From positions 1-48,841 of the IMG/VR virus record IMGVR_UViG_3300043607_000041: 48,841 nt of DNA, one strand, 5' to 3'. Below, one piece after another: positions 25,563 through 33,864 of this stretch. Every line of letters begins with the position of its first letter. Within the stretch, counting starts at the first letter, position 1. This DNA comes from a virus (taxonomy: Duplodnaviria; Caudoviricetes). The translations under genes were made by a program, and so were the position numbers. The notes beneath the pieces were generated by a model. It saw nothing but the letters and a program-made list of their open reading frames with translations, did no database searches and had not been told where the DNA came from.

Positions 25563-26479
25563 TTGTAGGGTCTCCCGGTCCAGTCGACGCACCATTCATC
25601 GGTGGAATGCGAGTCTCCATGGTGCACCGTCGCCACGCAGACCAGGTTGCCGGTGAAGGCTTCGCTCTCCGTACGCAGGGGAACGCCAGGGATCAGGTCC
25701 GTGCGCAGCAAACATACCCCGCTGACCTTCTGGGAGCCAGCGGTGAAGCCCTGCGCCGTCAGCCCCTTGCCCGCCTTGACGAGTCCCTTCACCGACTCGG
25801 CGCCAGCCACGACGGTCTCGATCTCCACGTCGCCGATGAGACCCGTGTCCTTGCGCAGCAGTGGTCCCTGCTTGTCGCCTACGGGTAGGCCCACCTCCCG
25901 GATCTGCAGCGCCGAGTCCTGCACGCTCCAGCGCAGGCCGCACGATCGCGTGACGTGTTCCATCTCGTCGAACACCGATCCGCTCAGGGTGAGCGAGCGC
26001 GTGAGCCGTTTGCTGCCGTTCGCCAGGGTGGCGTTCGTGAAGTCCTTTAGGTTCCCCGGACCTACACCGAGCGCCTTGCCCAGGACATTGATGACCGTGC
26101 CGATGGGCGTGCCGGCCGCGAAAGTCTTGTTGATTCGGGCCGTGCGGCACTGGGCCTCACCGTCTCCGCCGGACACGCGGGTGACCTTGTCAGTGCCCTC
26201 CCGACGCGTCCTGGCCGAGCGCAGGTCGCCGTCGAAGATGACCCCGATGTCACCCACGTACCCTGCCTCTAGGCGCACCCGCACGCTCGACAGCTTGGCG
26301 AGCTCGGCCTGGTGCACGCGGGTCAGGTTGTAGACGGAGACCTCGCAGTTGTTGGGGTGCCGCTTGACGTCCCGCTCCACGCTGAACGCGATGCGCAACG
26401 AGTTCAGGCCGACGCCTGCCCGAGCGTCGATCTCGATGTTGCCCACGGTCAGGCGGTACGCGCGCTGGAACGCCGTCAT
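25559..26479 (-). CDS. Baseplate hub protein (gp27/late control D-like)
   Basis: LRIAFSVER...NNCEVSVYNL...LEAGY...IFDG...WSVQD...TGLIG. Confidence 0.85.
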   Translation of the reverse strand: MTAFQRAYRLTVGNIEIDARAGVGLNSLRIAFSVERDVKRHPNNCEVSVYNLTRVHQAELAKLSSVRVRLEAGYVGDIGVIFDGDLRSARTRREGTDKVTRVSGGDGEAQCRTARINKTFAAGTPIGTVINVLGKALGVGPGNLKDFTNATLANGSKRLTRSLTLSGSVFDEMEHVTRSCGLRWSVQDSALQIREVGLPVGDKQGPLLRKDTGLIGDVEIETVVAGAESVKGLVKAGKGLTAQGFTAGSQKVSGVCLLRTDLIPGVPLRTESEAFTGNLVCVATVHHGDSHSTDEWCVDWTGRPYK

Positions 26480-26814
26480 CCTGCCTCGATCTCAGCCACC
26501 TCGGCCGCCGTCAGGTAGCAGAGCTTCACCCGCTCGCCGAGTTCGTCGAGCATCGGTGAGGAGATGTCGTCAGTCTCGCTGATGGCCATGAGCACGCCAG
26601 TGGGCCCGCGCACCGCGCGCCGGTTCAGGCGGATCCCCACGTGCACGGTCTGCCCCGTCAGGATCGGCGTGCCGTCCAGTGCCTCGATGGAGAACGTCCA
26701 GAGTTCCCGGCGCAGGTTGTACCGGAACAGGAACAGGTACTCGACGCCTTCGAGCTGCGAGCGCAGGTCGTAGTTCTCCGTCCCGTCGGTGAGCGTATCG
26801 AGAGCGACACTCAT
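26476..26814 (-). CDS. Baseplate plug / small baseplate protein
   Basis: QLEGVEYLFLFRYN.R...W; synteny. Confidence 0.75.
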   Translation of the reverse strand: MSVALDTLTDGTENYDLRSQLEGVEYLFLFRYNLRRELWTFSIEALDGTPILTGQTVHVGIRLNRRAVRGPTGVLMAISETDDISSPMLDELGERVKLCYLTAAEVAEIEAG

Positions 26815-27593
26815 TCGTTCTGCGCTCCCGTCGCTTCGAGCAGGGCCAGCAGCTGACTGCGGAGCTTCACCTTCTGCTGCTCCGCGGTCTCCTTCGGTGG
26901 CTTCGGCGTCTGCTTCGGCTTCTTCGCCTTGGGCACAGGCGGCAGGTCCACCGTTTGGGTCTCGACCGTCGCGATCTGCTCGAACTCGACCGCGAAGCTG
27001 GACTTTCCGACCGAGCCAGCGGCATCGGTGCGAGTCACAGTAGTGAGTATGAGGTCTATGTAGGAGGCACCCTTGAACGTCACGATGACAGGCGTCGCCG
27101 TCTCGAGCAGATTGAGCAGGGCATCGTGAAACTCGTTGGCGCGAGCGACCGGTGAGCCTGCCGCCAGCACGTGGATCTTTAGGTCCTTCGTCGTGAGCGC
27201 ACGGTCAGAACGGACACCGGTCAGACCGAGCTCCTTCACCGAGCCACCGCCGAAGAGCAGCGATTGAATGCCGGCCGATAGCGCCAAGAGTGGCGCAGGG
27301 CGGAACTCCGACTGACGCACCGGAACCGTGACGGACTGCTTGCCATCCGGCCGCGTCTGGTAGGACAGCGACCGGAGTACTCGCGCGAATCCCTGCACCT
27401 CCTCGATGGGAGTCTCGGTCTGCACCAGGTTGAAAGAGAGGGTACGCGGCTGGCGAATCACGTGGTCTGAGATCAGGCTGCCGTCCTCCACGGCATACTT
27501 CGTCAGCTCGATCGCGTCGGTGATGCTGGCATCCGCCACGATGTCGGCCACCAGGACGCCGCCGTCAAACTGGATCAGGTCGTCGTTAGCCAT
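26811..27593 (-). CDS. Tail tube initiator / Dit-like baseplate protein
   Basis: LTKYAVEDGSLISDHVIRQP motif; follows the tape measure gene. Confidence 0.8.
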   Translation of the reverse strand: MANDDLIQFDGGVLVADIVADASITDAIELTKYAVEDGSLISDHVIRQPRTLSFNLVQTETPIEEVQGFARVLRSLSYQTRPDGKQSVTVPVRQSEFRPAPLLALSAGIQSLLFGGGSVKELGLTGVRSDRALTTKDLKIHVLAAGSPVARANEFHDALLNLLETATPVIVTFKGASYIDLILTTVTRTDAAGSVGKSSFAVEFEQIATVETQTVDLPPVPKAKKPKQTPKPPKETAEQQKVKLRSQLLALLEATGAQNE

Positions 27594-29431
27594 CAGATGC
27601 CGCCGTACACGGCGATGAGGGAGTTCAAGTCCTCGTCGAGCGCACCACCTACGGCGCGACCCACGTCGCCAGCACTGGCTGACTGACTCATCGTGATCGA
27701 GATGTTCCGGTCACCGATCTGCACGGGCGACGAGGGGCGCTGGCCGTCCGCGGTGGGCGGCCCACTCGCGACCCAAGGCGCAGGCATGCCCGCTGAACCG
27801 TTGCCGCTGCCATTCCCCTGGCCGCGGTTGATGTTCTCCATCAGCTTGAACGGCCCGTCCGTGCCGCCCTTGCCGATGCCGACCTTGTGCAGCAAGTCGT
27901 TGATCATCACGGTGATGCCGTTGCCGAACTCCTGCCACAGGCGCGCGACGCCCTCTCCCGTGCCCTTGCCGGTGACCCATTCCCACAGGTCGACCATCGC
28001 TGCCTTCAGGTCGTTGATGGCTTTGAGCGTCACCTCGACGCCATTCTTGCCGAAGATCTTCTCGATGAGCCGACCCGTTTCCGAGTCGCCCCCACGCAGG
28101 AACGTGATGATGTCTTCGAGGATGAGCAGGCCGAGGGCCAGGCGCAGGAATGGCGCGGCCGCCTTCCAGCCCGCTCCAGCCATGCTCGAGAGCGTCTTGA
28201 CTACGCCGCCACCGAGCCCGACCATCAGGCGCAGACCCGGGATCACCTTGGTGGCCACGGCCGCTCCCAGCGCGACCAGCGCGACCGACGTCAGGTCCGT
28301 CTTCTTCAACCAGTCGCCGGCAATCGTGATGCCCTTGACGATCCAGTCTGTGAGCGTAACCAGCGCGGGAAGGAGTATCTTGAGCAGAGGCTCGGCCGCC
28401 GCCAGGAACGATGGGCCGATCGACTTCCAGGAGTCCGACAGATCGTCGGCCTGGTTGATGGTCTCCTCCGACAGCACGTTCATGCTGGCGAGCGCCTTGC
28501 GCTGCTTCTCGATCTCCTCCGTACCCCCAGCGAATAGCGGCTTGAGCTCCTGGGCGCTGCGGCCCAGCAAGTCCTGCGCGAGCGCCGAGCGCTGCGTCTC
28601 GTTGGTCACGCCTGCGAGAGCGCCCGCCACCTCGAAGAACAGGTCGTTGGTGGACTTGAAGTTGCCTTTGGCATCCTTCACCGACACGCCGAGCTTGGCG
28701 AAGGCCGCCGTAGACTCCTTCGTGGGCTGAACGGCAGAGTTCGCAAGGGTGCGGAACGCCGTCCCGAGCGATTGCACGGAGGAGCCGTTCTGCTCGGCTA
28801 GCACCCTCAGCCGCTGGAACTGGTCGGTAGTGACGCCGAGCTTCTGCGCCGACTCGCGGATGTCGCCGATGCCATCGACCAGGTGCGCGATTCCGCGCGC
28901 GGCTGCACCAGCGCCGAGAGCCAGTACGCCATTGCGCACGGTGGCCAGAGACGCGATCAGGCCCGGCCCGCTGCCACCCCCGCTGCCGCCGTTGAACCCA
29001 GCGCGGACCGCCTGCACGGCGCTCGCGAGCTTTCCGCGTAGGGTCTGAGCGTACGCGGCGGCCGCCTGCTCCGCCTGGTACGCGCCCTGCTTGGCCTGGT
29101 TGAGAGTCTCCCGCGAAGGGCCGAGCTGCTGACGCTCGGGTCCGAGTTGAGCCTTTCCGTTGACGAGACCCGCTAGAGCACCGAACCCGCCATTGTCGGC
29201 ACGCCCTCCGAGCTGGCTCGCACCGATGGCTTGCAGGTTCCGGTTCGCCGTCTGCGCCGCTCGAGCGAACACGTCGCTGACGGCCTTGGCAGCCGGTCTC
29301 GCCGCGGCCTGGAGGTCCTCCAGCCGCTTCTTCATCGCGTCGATGGCAGCGTTGCCCTTCGCGAGGTCGCCGGCCTTGTCGACTTCGATCACGAAGGACG
29401 CGAGCAGGGCTCTTAAAGCATCCTCAGCCAT
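27593..29431 (-). CDS. Tape measure protein
   Basis: Ala/Gly-rich helical, 612 aa; AFAKLGVSVKDAKGNFKSTNDLF repeat; after the chaperone. Confidence 0.88.
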   Translation of the reverse strand: MAEDALRALLASFVIEVDKAGDLAKGNAAIDAMKKRLEDLQAAARPAAKAVSDVFARAAQTANRNLQAIGASQLGGRADNGGFGALAGLVNGKAQLGPERQQLGPSRETLNQAKQGAYQAEQAAAAYAQTLRGKLASAVQAVRAGFNGGSGGGSGPGLIASLATVRNGVLALGAGAAARGIAHLVDGIGDIRESAQKLGVTTDQFQRLRVLAEQNGSSVQSLGTAFRTLANSAVQPTKESTAAFAKLGVSVKDAKGNFKSTNDLFFEVAGALAGVTNETQRSALAQDLLGRSAQELKPLFAGGTEEIEKQRKALASMNVLSEETINQADDLSDSWKSIGPSFLAAAEPLLKILLPALVTLTDWIVKGITIAGDWLKKTDLTSVALVALGAAVATKVIPGLRLMVGLGGGVVKTLSSMAGAGWKAAAPFLRLALGLLILEDIITFLRGGDSETGRLIEKIFGKNGVEVTLKAINDLKAAMVDLWEWVTGKGTGEGVARLWQEFGNGITVMINDLLHKVGIGKGGTDGPFKLMENINRGQGNGSGNGSAGMPAPWVASGPPTADGQRPSSPVQIGDRNISITMSQSASAGDVGRAVGGALDEDLNSLIAVYGGI

Positions 29432-29663
29432 GGCCGGCCTCCGCTCGCGCTCGCGCTGCGGCAGCGTCTAGCTGGTCGAGGAAGTCATGTGCGTGGCACA
29501 CGTCGTCCAGGGTCCAGCCCTGGCGAATGGCGGTCAGCCCGTCTGGGATGCGCGCGTCGAGCACGACACGCCAGATCAGCCCGTGGGCGCCGGTGGGGAT
29601 GGGGATAGCGGCCCTGCCAGCTGCGCCAGCAACTGGACGAGGGCGTTTGGACCACCTAAAAAA
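29424..29663 (-). CDS. -1 frameshift extension of the tail chaperone (gpGT-like)
   Basis: TTTTTTA at 29663-29657; the -1 frame is open to 29424 (WTLDDVCHAHDFLD) and overlaps the TMP start. Confidence 0.75.
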   Translation of the reverse strand, partial: FFRWSKRPRPVAGAAGRAAIPIPTGAHGLIWRVVLDARIPDGLTAIRQGWTLDDVCHAHDFLDQLDAAAARARAEAGHG

Positions 29664-30037
29664 CTCGTGTACTCGCCGCGCACGGCGTGCACCAGGAACG
29701 CGAGCATCAGGTCGATGCGGCCCTCGAAGATTTCGCCGCGCCCTTTCAGGAACGGCTTGAGATCCACCATCACCCCATTGCTCGACCGATCGTACTTGGT
29801 GCTCGGCGCAAAGAGCCGGACCAGCACCATGATCTGACTGGCCTGGGTCAGGAGTGACTGCAGCAGCCCTGCAAAGTCGATGTTCAGCCCCTCGTCTCCG
29901 GCTGCCTTGCTGAGCAGAATGGCCGACAGAGCCGGTCCGAGCGCCTTGCCGAGCACCTCCATGCCCACGCAAGCATCCTCGGGTCCCAAGCGCTGGACCT
30001 CGAAGCGGCGCCCTTCGAGCTCGAACTCGGTGCTCAA
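29576..30037 (-). CDS. Tail assembly chaperone (gpG-like)
   Basis: Between tube and TMP; contains slippery T TTT TTA. Confidence 0.8.
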   Translation of the reverse strand: MSTEFELEGRRFEVQRLGPEDACVGMEVLGKALGPALSAILLSKAAGDEGLNIDFAGLLQSLLTQASQIMVLVRLFAPSTKYDRSSNGVMVDLKPFLKGRGEIFEGRIDLMLAFLVHAVRGEYTSFLGGPNALVQLLAQLAGPLSPSPPAPTG

Positions 30038-30456
30038 TTGCCTCCGATGACGTACTCGAGCGGCTTGTCTAGGACGAGGTCGATGACCCAGGTGGTATCA
30101 CCCGGGGTCGCGCCGAACGTCTTGGGGGCCATGCCCTCGATCCAGGCCTTGTCGGTCGAGACCAGGGAAGCACCGTTGTGGTCGTTGAAGTAGAACGGCA
30201 GGATGCCCTGACCGTTCTTCGCGCCGACGTCGCCCGCGTGGATCGCGGAGAGCTTCTCGTTTTCGATCGAGCCGCCCTTCAGCGTGACCGTGCACTTGGC
30301 TCCCTTCTCGTTGGTGGCGCAGCGGGTTATCTCCCCGCTCGCGCCCTTCTCTTTGGTGTAGGCGGGACCGTCCGGCGCGATCTGAAACGAGACCACGTTG
30401 TCCTTCAGAGGGACACCACCGAAGACTAGGTCGCAGGCGTTGATGTCGTAGTTCAC
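30034..30456 (-). CDS. Tail tube protein (DUF3277-like)
   Basis: YD...GASGE...CTVTL...S..N..LS; downstream of the sheath. Confidence 0.82.
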   Translation of the reverse strand: MNYDINACDLVFGGVPLKDNVVSFQIAPDGPAYTKEKGASGEITRCATNEKGAKCTVTLKGGSIENEKLSAIHAGDVGAKNGQGILPFYFNDHNGASLVSTDKAWIEGMAPKTFGATPGDTTWVIDLVLDKPLEYVIGGN

Positions 30457-30695
30457 AGCGCGTCCTTTGCCAGCAGTGCGCGTACCGCCGCGTCCTTGGC
30501 CTCGAGCAGTTTGCGAAGGGCTACCGTCCGCTCGGGATTGCGAGGCAACGCCGATCCGAAAGTCGTTGTTCCGCTCTCGGCCCCGTTGTCTCCGTCGACC
30601 ATGGCATGGGCCAGTTCACAAAATGGCTTGCTGACCGTCTGCAGGTGCGGCGGCAGATGCTTGAACGCGAAGAACTGCAGGATGTGCTCGCTCAC
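30453..30695 (-). CDS. Small helical-hairpin protein, possibly Acb2/Tad1-like
   Basis: ILQFFAFKHLPPHLQ.VSKPF...LPRNPERTVALRKLLEAKDAAVRA; coupled on both sides. Confidence 0.7.
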   Translation of the reverse strand: MSEHILQFFAFKHLPPHLQTVSKPFCELAHAMVDGDNGAESGTTTFGSALPRNPERTVALRKLLEAKDAAVRALLAKDAL

Positions 30696-32035
30696 AGCGT
30701 CAGTGTCCCTGCCACGGTTACGGTGTTGACGGCGCCCTGAAGCGTGGCCGAAAAGCGCACCGTTCGGAGAACGCGAGCGGCCTTGTCGACGGCGCTGTAG
30801 CCGACGAGGCTCGGCATGGTGACCGTCCAGCCGGGTACCGCCAAGCCGGTAGACTCAGCCGCACCAAGAGCCGCGCGGATCGCAGACTCGACCATAGACA
30901 GGCCGGTGGCCGTGAACGGCACCTTCTCGGCGTTGATGAAGATCTGATAGGCGCGGGTCTCGATGTCCGCCTTCAGGGCATCGACGCCGTGCTGGATGTC
31001 GAAGAACCGGCCGCTCGCGGCGAAGCCATCCCAGGTGTGGGCGACGTTGCGATCGGTCGTGTAGGTGAGCGCCCGCTTGCCGCGTGCCGAGCTGTGCGCC
31101 GCGGACGTGAGCACGTCGGCTCTGATACCTACCAGCGTCTGCATGGCCCAGTTGCTCGAGCCTGGCTCTTGACCGAGCTGGCGACCGAGCAGCGCTGCCG
31201 CAAACTGGCTGGACATGTAGCGCGTGAAGCATACCGCGCTGCGGTTGTAGCCGGACCCCTTCAGGTCGCTGGCCACGTCCGTCGTGGTGCCGACCACCAG
31301 GATGCCGTTGTCGGCGCTCTGCGCCAGGAACAGCATGCTGTTGGATTCGGCGAAGGCTGCCGCCAGGTCGATCTCGGTCTCGGCGTACGAGTCGATGAGC
31401 AGGCCATACACGGACTCGCCGAGCACCGTCTTGGCCACGGCGAGCTGCGCCGCGATCGAGCCGTCGGCGCCGGCCTCTGTGAACTTCAGCTCGCGACCGA
31501 AGCCGTCGACCTGCACGAACTGTCCGCCTGCGTCGGGGATTAACGTGAGCTTCGTAGCCGTGGCGTTGTCGGGTGTGGTCGTGATACCGGCAACGCCCGC
31601 GGCGCTGGCATCGATCAGGGTCTCGAGCCCGTCCAGGATCGCGTCCACCGTGTTGGTCACGACGGTGAAGCTGATGCTGGATGTGACGCCCTTGTAGCTG
31701 ATGTCGAACGCGATCACGTAGCCGACGCTCGTGACCGTGATGTCCGGGATGAGCTCGAGCGCCTGGGTGAACTGCGTGCTCCGGCCGAAGATGTAGCCCT
31801 GCCCGACGCCGCCACTCTGGGCAGCCATCGCGGCCCACATCTGGTAGGCGCGAGACCAGGTCGGAAAACCGTCCGTGGCCATGTCGGCGAGCCCGGCGGG
31901 ACTGACGCTGTAGAGCCGGCTCAGGCCCGAGAAGGGGGCCTTGGCCAGCAGCAACGGCGTATCAAACTCGACGGCCCGTGGCGCTGAATCCTGGATCGCG
32001 ATCGAGACCGCGATGATATCGGCGATGCCTGACAT
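30692..32035 (-). CDS. Tail sheath protein (DUF3383-like)
   Basis: PGSSNWAMQTLVG...GRFFDIQHGVD...KVPFT..G...ATLQGAV. Confidence 0.88.
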   Translation of the reverse strand: MSGIADIIAVSIAIQDSAPRAVEFDTPLLLAKAPFSGLSRLYSVSPAGLADMATDGFPTWSRAYQMWAAMAAQSGGVGQGYIFGRSTQFTQALELIPDITVTSVGYVIAFDISYKGVTSSISFTVVTNTVDAILDGLETLIDASAAGVAGITTTPDNATATKLTLIPDAGGQFVQVDGFGRELKFTEAGADGSIAAQLAVAKTVLGESVYGLLIDSYAETEIDLAAAFAESNSMLFLAQSADNGILVVGTTTDVASDLKGSGYNRSAVCFTRYMSSQFAAALLGRQLGQEPGSSNWAMQTLVGIRADVLTSAAHSSARGKRALTYTTDRNVAHTWDGFAASGRFFDIQHGVDALKADIETRAYQIFINAEKVPFTATGLSMVESAIRAALGAAESTGLAVPGWTVTMPSLVGYSAVDKAARVLRTVRFSATLQGAVNTVTVAGTLTL

Positions 32036-32068
32036 GGCTTACGGCTCCACCGACGACAGGGTGCGCAT

Positions 32069-32121
32069 TCCACCGATCGTACTGGCGGCAGGCCGGGCTA
32101 ACCACGCACGTATAGCTTAAC
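32069..32121 (-). promoter_or_regulatory. Putative late promoter element (copy 2)
   Basis: 44/53 identical to 40600-40652; minus strand GTTAAGCTATACG...GCCGCCAG-TACGAT. Confidence 0.75.
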
Positions 32122-32126
32122 AGCGG

Positions 32127-32294
32127 CTATGCGGCTCTCGGCGGGTCCGGCTGCCACGGCGTCGTGTCGTTGGCCGCGCTCCGCGGAAACGGGACGAGCA
32201 CCGCCAGGGGCTTGTGTGGGCGCCGGATGCGACGCACCCCGAGGGCAGCAAGCGCCCAGTCGACGGCGGTGAAGAAGTGGCGCGGTGCGTTCAC
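32127..32294 (-). CDS. 55-aa protein after the endolysin (below the ORF-track cutoff)
   Basis: MNAPRHFFTAVDWALAALGVRRIRRPHKPLAVLVPFPRSAANDTTPWQPDPPRAA; GTGA-coupled to the endolysin stop. Confidence 0.5.
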   Translation of the reverse strand: MNAPRHFFTAVDWALAALGVRRIRRPHKPLAVLVPFPRSAANDTTPWQPDPPRAA

Positions 32295-32758
32295 GAGCGC
32301 ACGCGCTGGAAGTGCGGGTAGTCTATCAGGGGGTGGGCGTCCGGACCGTGGATGCGCCGGTATCGCTGCACGTACCGATCGATCTCTCCCTGCAGGTCGG
32401 ACTGCGCCATCTCTCCGAGCTCACGGTCCCAGACCGCACCCCAGGTCAGATTCACCTGGTGGATGCGCGCTGCGGCCTGCATCGCGACGGCCACCTTCAA
32501 GCACGCTGGCGCCTGCCACTGAACGCGTCCCGCGATGTACGGCACCAGGTCCACGGCGTCGCCGGTCAGGTGGTAGCTGTTGAGAGTGCGTGACACGCCC
32601 GAAGCGAACAGCAGATCCTGACGCGCCTGCGAGCGCAGACCCTCGAACACAGTGAAGTCCTGGCCCGTGAACGTGATCGCGTCGCGCACCACGGCGACCA
32701 GGTCTCGGTGCACGCCCTGCAGGTTGGCCTCGGACGTCTTGCCGAGCTGGTAGGTCAC
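32291..32758 (-). CDS. Endolysin, M15 family L-Ala-D-Glu peptidase
   Basis: LQGVHRDL...EGLRS..RQ...SYHLTGDAVD...WG..W...DYPHFQ. Confidence 0.9.
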   Translation of the reverse strand: MTYQLGKTSEANLQGVHRDLVAVVRDAITFTGQDFTVFEGLRSQARQDLLFASGVSRTLNSYHLTGDAVDLVPYIAGRVQWQAPACLKVAVAMQAAARIHQVNLTWGAVWDRELGEMAQSDLQGEIDRYVQRYRRIHGPDAHPLIDYPHFQRVRS

Positions 32759-33204
32759 AGGCCCACGCTGGTGAGGGCCCCGTCGAGCCACGCCAGCGAC
32801 GGCACCAGCTTGGCCAGTGCGCGCGCAGCCATCGCGCCGAACGTCACGTAGAGCGCGTACTTGCCGCCGATGGCCGCCTTCTGCAGGCCCGTCTTGGCCT
32901 CGACGGCCGCCACGCGCGGCGCCAGGTCACGATGGTCAACCTCGACTGCAGTCACCCGCGGCGCGATGTCACCTGTCACCTGGACGCGAAGCAGAGAGAG
33001 TTCCTGGTGGAATACGCCCAGCCGGTCGTTGACGTCCTCCCTGACCCCGTCGATGTGCAGACCCTGCTGCACCAGCTGCGAGCTGAGCGCGCCGATCTGC
33101 TCGGACAAATCGGCCAGCGTGATCGCCCTGGCAGAGCCGGACGCTGGAGCCGTCCTGCTGAAGAGCGGACGCGTCGTCTTGTCGACAGGCCGCTCGCCGC
33201 TCAC
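32755..33204 (-). CDS. Holin-like protein (coiled coil plus C-terminal hydrophobic segment)
   Basis: GTG 33204 coupled; adjacent to the endolysin. Confidence 0.5.
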   Translation of the reverse strand: MSGERPVDKTTRPLFSRTAPASGSARAITLADLSEQIGALSSQLVQQGLHIDGVREDVNDRLGVFHQELSLLRVQVTGDIAPRVTAVEVDHRDLAPRVAAVEAKTGLQKAAIGGKYALYVTFGAMAARALAKLVPSLAWLDGALTSVGL

Positions 33205-33503
33205 GTGCCCACCTTTGACCCGCCGGGTTCCCACGTGAACTCACCATTCTCGCCCACGGGAAAGTGAGCATGACAGTGAGCACAGAATGTCCCACTGTAG
33301 AAGCCCGGCTGGCGCGCGTAGGTCTCTGCGATCGCCTGCCCCATCCGGGTCGACGTGCCGCACTTGGCGTGAACGTAGCTGGTCCTAACCGGCCGCGTGA
33401 AGCCCTTGGCGCGCTCCTCGTCGGACAGCACCAGGTAGTTCTTCTGCATGCCGTCTGGTCCCAGAGTGGTATCCAGGTCGGCCCGGTCGCTGACCGTGCT
33501 CAT
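33201..33503 (-). CDS. Zn-binding protein of unknown function
   Basis: YLVLSDEERAKGFTRPVR.SYVH..CG..T.M..AIAETYAR.P.FY..TFC..C. Confidence 0.75.
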   Translation of the reverse strand: MSTVSDRADLDTTLGPDGMQKNYLVLSDEERAKGFTRPVRTSYVHAKCGTSTRMGQAIAETYARQPGFYSGTFCAHCHAHFPVGENGEFTWEPGGSKVGT

Positions 33504-33721
33504 TGGGCTCCACCGTCGGCCTGCGCATGGCAGGCCTTGAGGCGTCCGATCACGTCTCTCGCGTCGGCTACGGTGGCTTGGTTCGGATCCTCGGGTAGGA
33601 CTCGCAGTGCATTCAGCTTGCACTCGACGAGAGCAGGCGTGAGCCCCGAGCCGCACGCGGCAGAACCGAGCAGGGCGAAACCGAGTGCGATCCTGGCGAC
33701 GTGGCGGGTAGCTCGATGCAT
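33500..33721 (-). CDS. Small lipoprotein (possible spanin-like lysis component)
   Basis: AGGAG RBS; signal peptide ending SAAC; two further Cys. Confidence 0.7.
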   Translation of the reverse strand: MHRATRHVARIALGFALLGSAACGSGLTPALVECKLNALRVLPEDPNQATVADARDVIGRLKACHAQADGGAQ

Positions 33722-33732
33722 GAGAGTCTCCT

Positions 33733-33785
33733 CGAAGCTACCTTGCCACGCTCACCCCTGGAGCTGGGTACTTGCATAGCTTGAC
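33733..33785 (-). promoter_or_regulatory. Degenerate third copy of the late promoter element, upstream of the lysis cassette
   Basis: GTCAAGCTATGC at the same 40-nt distance from a -10-like CAAGGT as in the other copies. Confidence 0.45.
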
Positions 33786-33864
33786 GTCCCGGAATGGAAC
33801 GGGTGCTCATCACACGGTCACGGAAAACGCCAGCGTGGCCAGCTGGGTGCCTGCATTGGCCGAT

